This document shows, in pieces, positions 55,654 to 64,000 of a stretch of DNA of 64,000 nt. Every line of letters starts with the position of its first letter. Within the stretch, counting starts at the first letter, position 1. Source of the stretch: a virus (Duplodnaviria; Caudoviricetes); IMG/VR virus record IMGVR_UViG_3300025502_001322, positions 64,001 to 128,000 of that record; one strand, 5' to 3'. The translations under genes and the position numbers were made by a program. The notes below the pieces were generated by a model. It did no database searches, was not told the origin of the DNA, and worked only from the letters and a program-made list of their open reading frames with translations.

Positions 55654-58600
55654 TTATTCATGTGTTTTACTGTACAAACTTGTTGCAGGCACTGACCAGG
55701 TTTTGCTTATGTATGTTGCGCTTGGTTCGTAATACGTAACTGCTGATCGTACTGTTCCGTCCATTGTGTCTGTTGGTGCACCTGTTGAATCGTCTGACGC
55801 ATCAGACAAAACAACTGTAAATGTAATTATCGTTCCGTTGTCAGTGTTATTGCCAATTGTGCCATTTGTTTTTGCATAAATTTTTACGTTGTTTGCTGTG
55901 GCACTTATATACGGACTTCCCGCTGTGGTTAACGTTTTCTCGAAAATTAATTGGTCTACCGAAGTTAAATCATAATATCCAATATTAGAACCTACAACAC
56001 TTGTACTACTTGTGTGTGTTTCTGTTACAGTAGCACTTGTGCTATCTCCCGTAACTGTGGTTGTTTGTGCGTTTAATTTTATTGTGCCACTCATCTGTGT
56101 AAGTGCAACCCAACTACGTGCTTTGGCATCATCTGTATAACCTGTAACTGTGGGTGCAATTGCAATGTAACCGCCAGCATTAAAGAAATAACGTGTCTTG
56201 TCGGGATCATTGAATACCGATCTTATTACCTGAGTTGCACTATCACTCCAGGATCCTGTGCTATCTATGTTTGTTAACCGACCGACATTGGTTGTTTTTG
56301 CAACCAATCTGTTTGTGTGAATATTAGTTATGTTTGTACTAATATCATCTAAGTCCAGTTCTAAATCATCTGAGGACATAGCCAACATCGCTGTGTCCTG
56401 ATGACTTCCTATACTATTATTAATAGTGAACATAGCACTCCATTCTTCAGTTGATGGGTCACTATCCTCTGCTTTAGGTACTATGATATTTGTTTGTCCA
56501 TAGCCTGCGTCTCCACTGCCTATGCCCCATACATTATTAATATTAGCACCTACTTGTTGTATTCCTGATTGTGCTCCTGTAGCAAAAATATTATAATCGT
56601 CCCAGTACCCAGATTGTACTTCTGACCAAATTGTAGACTTAAACTGTATGGTGCCGTCTTCTAATCCCACTACTTCTGTAGTTAAGTCATCCTTAACACG
56701 AAGCACTTCAAATAAACCGTTACCCCTGTTTGTAACATTAATTATATCTCCTACAGATAAATTAGTAAGCCCTGCAACTGCATTTCTATCAGTCACATTG
56801 TGGTCTGGTATAGTTGTTAAATCATGATCTGACGCATACCAATCTGCATAATCCCAGTACGTTGTTGTATCGTATGACTGTTTATCTATCTGCAACCATA
56901 TGCGTGTGCTTGAATCAACTACATCTAATTCGTATAGTGACCAACCACCTGCATTATTTTGTTCATCTGCTAGTACGAGTACTTTGTACCCGTCGCTGAA
57001 TAAGTCTTGATCTAAGAACAGTAGCTCTGCATAACTGTTTAAACTTTCTGTCCAACCACCAACTGCTTTAGTAGGTGTGGGCTCTTTAGATAATAACCTG
57101 GTTAAGTCTCTCGATTCAGACACCTGATTTTCTGTCATAACAATGTTAACATACCTAAACAATGCTTCTAATGCATTGCCTCGATCCACAAACACAGTCT
57201 GTCTAGGTCTAATGTTTATTCCATACCGCTCAGTTTTTACTAAGCCTGTCTGAGGTACTGCATTTCCGTATACGTCCTCACCACACAAACTATCGTATAG
57301 TTTTTCAACAATGTTATTAGGCAATGCGGCATCTGCTTTGTTCTCTTGCACGAGTTGATATTCGTTGTGTAAGACTGCTTCATTATAACTTGTGTCATAA
57401 TTTATACCCAGGATTACATTATCTGAATCTATATAAGATTGTATATTAAACATACCTATTAGGTTCTTGTCCATTATAGCTATATGTGCAACTCCCTGAT
57501 TGAAGGGATCTGTCAGCAATGCATTTACCTGACTGATTGTTAGACTCTTAGTTATGTTGTCTGTCACTGTTCTTTGACCTACCCAATAACAATAAATTGG
57601 AGTAGAAGCGCCTGTACTTGTGTCGTTTTTAGTTTTTGTAACATAGTCTATGTTGTTCTCGTCTCTTGGGACTCCGTTGTATCCTGCACTTACATAGTTG
57701 CTAGGAAGCACATCAGTTTCTACCCATTCATAAACATTAAAGACACTGCCAGGAAAACTAGATCCCCAGTTATTTGATCTATAGAGGTAATCTCCTTGTT
57801 CGTAATCTATATAACGAACAGTACTGGTGTCCCACCAATACTTGCCTTTATTAAAACCTGACCAACCGGTAGAGTATGTGGCAGGATCTACTTCAGAAAT
57901 GTAGTCTGTCTCTTGGCTTGCTAAACCTATAAACTTTCCTTTAGCAGGGTCATAAACATCTAAGTATGTAGATATTTCTTTAGTAACTCTATTATAGAGA
58001 TATGCTTTATTAATAACTCTTGGTTCTATCTGACTAGTTCGAGATCTAAGTACTTTCCAACCACCAACACCTGTACTATCAAAATCATATACTGCGCCTG
58101 CGTCAATGCCTTGCTCGTCATCTTGCTCGGCCCCAACTACAGCGTAATTACCTCTAACACTAATACTAACACCGAACCGATCTTCTGCCGCCATGTTGTC
58201 AGTTGCAGAACTAACTTCTAGTTCTTGCACAAAGTCAAACTGTCCAGGATCAGTAACGAGATTGCGAGGATTACCTAAAAATTCGTACACGTAGGCTGCG
58301 CCAGAGTTAGGATTTGTATCAAAGAATGTTGTGCTATCTATATCAAAAGTTGTATCTGGTTTGTTATCAACAGCGTCAACATCAAACTGTACATTAACTC
58401 TCATAGTGCAGTTAGGAGCACCGACAAACAACTTGGTTGCATCATCACTTATTGCAATGGTGTCACCAAAATTACTGTTGGAAGAACCTTTGGGCGCTAG
58501 TATTGATTGTGTGTAGTAAAATACTGTTAAGCCTAAATCAATTAATCCTGTGCCTACGCCTGGTAATACTTTTAACTTTTGTAATTCGATAGTGCTTGTA

Positions 58601-61600
58601 CTTGTAACTGTAAGCACACCACTAGTAACACTGGCAGATACACCTGCAATACCAGCATTGTTAATATCTGTCTTAACAGAATCTATAGTTGTGCCTGTAA
58701 ACGCAACCTCAAAGTCGTTTATTCTGATACTATCAGTAGCTGTCACTGTGGGGCTAGTTTTGGTGCTTGTTATTAAGCCGTATACTCGACCCTGATTAAC
58801 ATAGCGATCAACACTGCCTGAGTTACGTAGTTCTCTTGGATCGTCGCTTGGATTTCCAATGTATATCGAACAGTCTGTAGGACAAATTAGCACAGTCTTA
58901 CCAAAACTATTACCCACACCACGTGTGTTAGCAGTCTGCTCTGCCATCTTTTGCATTTGTATAAACGTATTTGTGTCGACTTTTATAATTGCACCTGAGC
59001 TCGGCGCAATGTTAAATGTTAGAGTTGTTCCTGATACTGAGTAGTCCCAATATGCATCAGCGCCTTTGCGCTGATCCTGTAACACCCGGTTAACAGTTGT
59101 TTTGTTAACATCTGCATCCATTGAGCGTATTGTAGTAAATGCTGTTGTACTACCGTCTCCTTTAAATGCTTCTACAGTTCTATCAAACACGTAAGAGGCG
59201 CCTGAATTTATAACACTATCCTCTCCTGCGTTATCATGACTAGGAGCGCCGATTACTGTTTGTGTACCATCTGTGCTTGTCCAAACACTAGCACCAAACT
59301 GATCGCCAGCATCTCCACCACTTGCGGTAAGTGTAGCAATATATTTGTAACTAAAGTTTTCTGACACTGTAACATTAACACTAGGCGCAGTTGCAAAAGT
59401 AATATCACTGCCACTAACTGTGTAGTCTGTTGTGGGTCTGTATATAACACCTGTCGCATCCTGTACAAAAATACTTGTCAGGCTCTTAGGAGTAAATCCT
59501 AATGCATGTACTGTGGTACTACCATCACCTGTTACTGTAACAGACTGTTCTGTTAATTTTGTATCTAAACAGTAAGCATAAACTTTATCTTCGCCTGGTG
59601 CACCAATATATAACCAACTTGCGTCTTGACTTATCGCTACTGCTTTACCGAACTCATCACTAACAACTGCACTAACTGGTGCAATATACTGATGCGCTGT
59701 CCATGTGCCGCTTCTGTATCTGTAAATTACAACTCCGCCACGTGTGCTGTTACTGTCAGGCGCACCTACTGCAAGATATTCGTCACTAACTACTGTAGAT
59801 CCGTCATAGTTAAAACTAAGTTGTCCAGTAGCAAGACTTCTACCAAACAACTGGGTAATGTCTGCACCTGCTCCTACTTCTGCGTCTAGTAACGTATCTT
59901 GTTCTAAATCGTTAATGCTGTTAATATCGTAAAGTTGTACTCTACCAGTATCTCTGCCTGGTGCACCTACTGCAACCCAGGTAGCACTTTGTCCTATAAG
60001 TACAGTCTGACCTAATAAGTCATCTGCATCAAATCCTGCTCTTATATATTTCTTATTGTTGCTCCAAGGTTCTGTTTTTTCTAATACTTGCCAGTCACCA
60101 GCACTGTTATATTCATCTACAAATACTTTATCACCCACTTTCCAATGGTTTAGTGGATCTGTAGCGGCTACTCTGCTGGGGTATGCATAACGGTTACTAA
60201 CTAACTTATATACGTTTCCGGTTTTTCCTACACTGCCAGGAGCTCCAGTGTTTGGATCTATTAGCAAACTCATCCTAGCCTGTGTTGATTTAACACTGAA
60301 CTCTAGACCATTAATTACACTATAGACTCTATAAATTGCATTGAATCGTGTATCAACGTCTTTAATTATTACTACATCATCTTTAGAAAGAGTGTGTGGT
60401 AAACTACAAGTAACCTTCATAAAGTTATTTGTGATGTTTGTGAGTTTTGTAACTAGTGTATTTGTTTCTGTAATTCTGTAAGTATTCCAGCTTCCGTTGT
60501 AATCTTTAGCTACCCAGATCTCTTGTCCAAGTCCAAACTTTTCAACGCTCTGATCCAGCGTAGTGGCTGATCTTATATCAAATATTTTCCAGTCTGTGTC
60601 GTCAAGTCTAGGAAATCCAGCCTTAGCAATGTCTTTGTTTAAATCTGTGTCGAAATCTCTGTACACGAAAGGAGTTGCATTATAATTAGCTGGCCGCTTG
60701 TACACTCCTGCAAATGGCACACTAACAATATCTATAGGTGTGGCATCAGATGCCGTTAGTAATTTAACTGTGGTATTGCTGTTACTGTATGTGGCATCAG
60801 AGGTTTGTATTTCAATAACTTGATTTTTGTCTAATACTCCGTAACTGCCTGTTCTAAATGCCCACTCTTCAAATAGGTTAACACTGGTATTTAAGTTGTT
60901 TAACCGTGCTTTGACCAATGCATTTATTGAGTTTAGAGTACCTTTTTCCTGAATAAATCCCTGGTAGAATTTTACCTGACTGGTGTCGTCTATACCAAGA
61001 GCATTAAGATATTCTCTGTTTTTATATCCTATTAAACTTTTACTGAATAAGTCTGCATCGCTTTCTAAATTAATATCATCTATATCGTAAAATTTCTCAA
61101 TAGCGGCTGCTGTATTACTTAGGTTAGGCAATAAGCCTTTCTTAATAGCATTGTAATCTATCTTTACCCAGTTTTCTTCTTTAAACGTGGTGCTTGCTGG
61201 GGTATTAGCCAGGGCTCGGTAATATCTCTGTTTAAACTTAACTAACTTGCCTTTTCTATAATCTGTATTGGTTTGCCATAATGCAATGTTATCCTGGTTT
61301 AGCAAGAAACCTCCAGGTGAGATTGTGCCGTTCCAGTTGTTGGATTTAAATCCAACTAATTTAACCCTACCTTGCCTATTGCCCAACTCAGGCTGATAGA
61401 TAACATCATTAAACACAGTAATATTGTTAGGGACAAAAGTGTGTTCGTACTGTATAGTTTCTAAGACAGCGAGTCCAATAGTTTTATTATTGGCTGTTTT
61501 TATTGATGCACTGTTGCCTATTCTATCTATCTCTAATTCTTTGCTACCAATCGTGTTGTAGTTCTGATCTAAGATTCTGCTACTTCTATACGCACCTGAT

Positions 61601-64000
61601 ATGTTGTCTATAGTAGCATTATCAAGAACTAACTCAAGTTGATCAAACACTGGACTTAATACTAAAAGGTTGCCAGATGCCCAGCCCTGCTGTGCCCAGA
61701 CTAAGAACTCTTTCGCACTCATTAACCAGGTTTTAGTCTCACCTAAAGTTCCTATTCTTGCCTGGAAAACAAATCCCTGCGCTGTTAGATATCTACCATA
61801 TCCTAACAGAAAGTCTATTACTGCTTGTTGTGATGTAAACTCTGTACCGTAAGGCACAGATTCTGACACAGGGAGAAACTCGTCGTTTAATGCAACACTA
61901 GCACCAAAAATATTAAGTGTGCCGCCTGACTTTGATTCTTTCCTGTGAGGTACTATTCTAAAGTAAGGGTTATCTGTATCGTACCCATCAACTTTGTATC
62001 CTTTTGCTGTTTTCTCTACAATCACAGCACTATAACTTAAACGCTCAATAGCACTAGACTTCTGAAGGAACAACTCATAGTCTGTGTCAGGAATAAACAC
62101 AGAATCAGTTGTACTTGTAGGACTATTCTGTTCCGCTAACACTTTAAGGTAGGTCTTATCAGTAAAGCCTCCTAATTTACTTGCTAGTTGTATATAAAGG
62201 TTGTCTAACTTGTTACGTAGAGTTACTGCTGGGTCAACGCCCAAGGATCTTATCCTGTCTGAAATCCAGTTTACATAGCCAGCAGTAAACTGCCGGACGC
62301 TACCAACAAGAGCACCATTAATTGTAATATCTGATTTTGTTAATCTGTTGTTCGTAGAACTTAAAACGTATTGTCCTAAATTACTATTAACTGTAAATCC
62401 ACTAACCCTGGCATTAAGTCCAAAGTACTTTGCTGGTTTTACCAAAGCTAATAGCTTTTGTACAGCAAACGGATATTGACTGCTCTTGATCCAGGCAGTT
62501 TCAGCAGGCGCCTCGTCTCCCGCTACAAATGTTTTTTGTATATATGTACCGTTAAAACTTCTAATTAAAAACTCGTTAGGTGCTTTTAATTCACCGTAAA
62601 CATTTACAGGAATAAATTTTGTTACTCCAGGTCGTGCATAGCGAGTATCGATTCGAGTATTACCTGGTTCTTTAATATATCCTGTTTCTAAGTCGTCCCA
62701 GAGTACTAGGTTACCTGAAGAGAAAGGTGCGGTACCGTATGCGGCAGCCCACCAACTTGGCTCTTCTGCAAGACCCAGGCACTCCCAGGGAGTCAAGTGA
62801 GGAGTATCAGTATCGTAATAGTGCCTATAAACACCACGCCAGAAACCTGGCAATAACACACCGTCTACCGCACTAGAACTTTGACTCCAGTTGTAAGTAA
62901 AAGGATCAGAGTTGTTAAAGAAGTCCTGGTTAGCAAAATCAATTACATTATTGCCTGCCCACCTAGAAAACTCCTGTCCCAAGATCCCTACGCATTCTGC
63001 TCTTGAGTACTCAGTTGTTCTAAATTGTCCTGGGAACACATCATGTAAGTCTAGTCTAGACTTTTGGTATCTTACTTTTATGTTGTTGTATATTCTTTTT
63101 TCTAATTCTAGCAGTAGGTCGTCTCTTGAGTCACCAAAGCTAGGGGTGTAACTACCGTCATGTCCAATAACAAATGTAGTTGTTGTTCTGTATGTACTAT
63201 CTGTCAGTAATCTAGGCTGATAACTAGGATACATTCCCATCTTGGTGGGTGTTTCAGGAACAAAACTTCCGTTAGTGCTGGTGTACTCTCTAATTGTTAT
63301 AACATCATTATGAGCAGGAGTATAGTCTGCGGTAAATTCAACAAACAATCCATCACTGCTTATGTTATAGTCCTTATATCTTAATAGTTGTGTGGTACCA
63401 TTAAACACCAGCACAGACACCTGACTAGGAGTATCCATTTTATTAGTGTATGTTGTCCTTATGGACTTACTGTTGCCAGCCCGCCAGGTTTCTGTAAACT
63501 CTGTGTACGTGCTTCCAGCAGGAATCATATCTGAGTAGTACCAAGGGAATGTGTCTGTTTTTGCTTCGTTAATACTTGTTATTATGGCATCTACCGCTTT
63601 GTCAGTGGATAGTTGTTCTAAACCTGACAGCGTAAATGACGCCTCAATAAACTTATTTTTAAAGTTAGAGTATTCCCTAGCGGCAAGATCTAAACTGTCA
63701 AAGAAGTTTGTCTGTTTATCACCAGTAAACAACATTGCGTAAGGTAGCCCAGATGTGTGTTGTAGTATACTTCCCTGACTTTGTTTAGCGTTAATATCTC
63801 TGGAGTTATTTCTTCCAGGAAACACTCCGGAAACATTCAGCGTATTTTCAAAACTTGTTTGGAAGTGGTTACGCAGTTGTCCTAACGTAACATTGTTAAA
63901 ATTAGCATTAACACTATTATAATCCAAGTTGGTCGGTATCTGATAATACGCATTAGCAAGTACGCTATTGTCAAGAGTTAATATTGTAACTGTTTTGTCA
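55654..64000 (-). CDS. Giant virion protein (baseplate wedge/hub-like), more than 2780 aa, truncated at the right edge
   Basis: Frame remains open from 63927 to the window end; FG-GAP-like repeats; C-terminal copy of the paralogue A/B domain. Confidence 0.75.
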   Translation of the reverse strand, partial: DKTVTILTLDNSVLANAYYQIPTNLDYNSVNANFNNVTLGQLRNHFQTSFENTLNVSGVFPGRNNSRDINAKQSQGSILQHTSGLPYAMLFTGDKQTNFFDSLDLAAREYSNFKNKFIEASFTLSGLEQLSTDKAVDAIITSINEAKTDTFPWYYSDMIPAGSTYTEFTETWRAGNSKSIRTTYTNKMDTPSQVSVLVFNGTTQLLRYKDYNISSDGLFVEFTADYTPAHNDVITIREYTSTNGSFVPETPTKMGMYPSYQPRLLTDSTYRTTTTFVIGHDGSYTPSFGDSRDDLLLELEKRIYNNIKVRYQKSRLDLHDVFPGQFRTTEYSRAECVGILGQEFSRWAGNNVIDFANQDFFNNSDPFTYNWSQSSSAVDGVLLPGFWRGVYRHYYDTDTPHLTPWECLGLAEEPSWWAAAYGTAPFSSGNLVLWDDLETGYIKEPGNTRIDTRYARPGVTKFIPVNVYGELKAPNEFLIRSFNGTYIQKTFVAGDEAPAETAWIKSSQYPFAVQKLLALVKPAKYFGLNARVSGFTVNSNLGQYVLSSTNNRLTKSDITINGALVGSVRQFTAGYVNWISDRIRSLGVDPAVTLRNKLDNLYIQLASKLGGFTDKTYLKVLAEQNSPTSTTDSVFIPDTDYELFLQKSSAIERLSYSAVIVEKTAKGYKVDGYDTDNPYFRIVPHRKESKSGGTLNIFGASVALNDEFLPVSESVPYGTEFTSQQAVIDFLLGYGRYLTAQGFVFQARIGTLGETKTWLMSAKEFLVWAQQGWASGNLLVLSPVFDQLELVLDNATIDNISGAYRSSRILDQNYNTIGSKELEIDRIGNSASIKTANNKTIGLAVLETIQYEHTFVPNNITVFNDVIYQPELGNRQGRVKLVGFKSNNWNGTISPGGFLLNQDNIALWQTNTDYRKGKLVKFKQRYYRALANTPASTTFKEENWVKIDYNAIKKGLLPNLSNTAAAIEKFYDIDDINLESDADLFSKSLIGYKNREYLNALGIDDTSQVKFYQGFIQEKGTLNSINALVKARLNNLNTSVNLFEEWAFRTGSYGVLDKNQVIEIQTSDATYSNSNTTVKLLTASDATPIDIVSVPFAGVYKRPANYNATPFVYRDFDTDLNKDIAKAGFPRLDDTDWKIFDIRSATTLDQSVEKFGLGQEIWVAKDYNGSWNTYRITETNTLVTKLTNITNNFMKVTCSLPHTLSKDDVVIIKDVDTRFNAIYRVYSVINGLEFSVKSTQARMSLLIDPNTGAPGSVGKTGNVYKLVSNRYAYPSRVAATDPLNHWKVGDKVFVDEYNSAGDWQVLEKTEPWSNNKKYIRAGFDADDLLGQTVLIGQSATWVAVGAPGRDTGRVQLYDINSINDLEQDTLLDAEVGAGADITQLFGRSLATGQLSFNYDGSTVVSDEYLAVGAPDSNSTRGGVVIYRYRSGTWTAHQYIAPVSAVVSDEFGKAVAISQDASWLYIGAPGEDKVYAYCLDTKLTEQSVTVTGDGSTTVHALGFTPKSLTSIFVQDATGVIYRPTTDYTVSGSDITFATAPSVNVTVSENFSYKYIATLTASGGDAGDQFGASVWTSTDGTQTVIGAPSHDNAGEDSVINSGASYVFDRTVEAFKGDGSTTAFTTIRSMDADVNKTTVNRVLQDQRKGADAYWDYSVSGTTLTFNIAPSSGAIIKVDTNTFIQMQKMAEQTANTRGVGNSFGKTVLICPTDCSIYIGNPSDDPRELRNSGSVDRYVNQGRVYGLITSTKTSPTVTATDSIRINDFEVAFTGTTIDSVKTDINNAGIAGVSASVTSGVLTVTSTSTIELQKLKVLPGVGTGLIDLGLTVFYYTQSILAPKGSSNSNFGDTIAISDDATKLFVGAPNCTMRVNVQFDVDAVDNKPDTTFDIDSTTFFDTNPNSGAAYVYEFLGNPRNLVTDPGQFDFVQELEVSSATDNMAAEDRFGVSISVRGNYAVVGAEQDDEQGIDAGAVYDFDSTGVGGWKVLRSRTSQIEPRVINKAYLYNRVTKEISTYLDVYDPAKGKFIGLASQETDYISEVDPATYSTGWSGFNKGKYWWDTSTVRYIDYEQGDYLYRSNNWGSSFPGSVFNVYEWVETDVLPSNYVSAGYNGVPRDENNIDYVTKTKNDTSTGASTPIYCYWVGQRTVTDNITKSLTISQVNALLTDPFNQGVAHIAIMDKNLIGMFNIQSYIDSDNVILGINYDTSYNEAVLHNEYQLVQENKADAALPNNIVEKLYDSLCGEDVYGNAVPQTGLVKTERYGINIRPRQTVFVDRGNALEALFRYVNIVMTENQVSESRDLTRLLSKEPTPTKAVGGWTESLNSYAELLFLDQDLFSDGYKVLVLADEQNNAGGWSLYELDVVDSSTRIWLQIDKQSYDTTTYWDYADWYASDHDLTTIPDHNVTDRNAVAGLTNLSVGDIINVTNRGNGLFEVLRVKDDLTTEVVGLEDGTIQFKSTIWSEVQSGYWDDYNIFATGAQSGIQQVGANINNVWGIGSGDAGYGQTNIIVPKAEDSDPSTEEWSAMFTINNSIGSHQDTAMLAMSSDDLELDLDDISTNITNIHTNRLVAKTTNVGRLTNIDSTGSWSDSATQVIRSVFNDPDKTRYFFNAGGYIAIAPTVTGYTDDAKARSWVALTQMSGTIKLNAQTTTVTGDSTSATVTETHTSSTSVVGSNIGYYDLTSVDQLIFEKTLTTAGSPYISATANNVKIYAKTNGTIGNNTDNGTIITFTVVLSDASDDSTGAPTDTMDGTVRSAVTYYEPSATYISKTWSVPATSLYSKTHE

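Noticed and set aside
46528-56610. Diversity-generating retroelement template/variable repeat among the three paralogous domains
   Set aside because: No reverse transcriptase in the window, and the differences are not adenine-specific
158-63742. Numerous short antisense or nested ORFs in the six-frame track (e.g. 158-430, 1590-1901, 16033-16332, 48437-48910, 53050-53574)
   Set aside because: They are shadows of well-supported genes on the other strand, with no RBS or motifs

Overview
A 64-kb, AT-rich, gene-dense segment of a large tailed bacteriophage, probably a T4-related jumbo myovirus. The assignment rests on NATAAATA late-promoter motifs, sigma70-type early promoters, four tRNAs, DHFR, ThyA, dCMP deaminase, a MoxR-VWA pair, and a baseplate and fibre module; the taxonomy is inference. 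Standard stop codons are used and I see no CRISPR array, integrase or intron. Left part (1-17 kb): accessory and early genes, including a PRMT-like methyltransferase, ferredoxin-NADP reductase, three cobalamin-type radical SAM enzymes, two AdoMetDC paralogues, a c-type cytochrome, a lipase, an RNA polymerase omega homologue and a tRNA-Ser with the rare ACU anticodon. Middle (20-46 kb): a large biosynthetic and modification locus with nucleotide-amino-sugar enzymes, several glycosyltransferase-like proteins, SGNH proteins, an APS-kinase-like and nucleotidyltransferase pair, seven tandem radical SAM enzymes with N-terminal Cys clusters, an amidinotransferase and a class III aminotransferase. This locus runs co-directionally out of the virion module at 46.5-64 kb (fibres and a baseplate-like giant protein, truncated by the right edge). 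The best candidate for a novel system is this SAM-radical and glycan tailoring locus, which may decorate the virion. That function is inference and has not been demonstrated.
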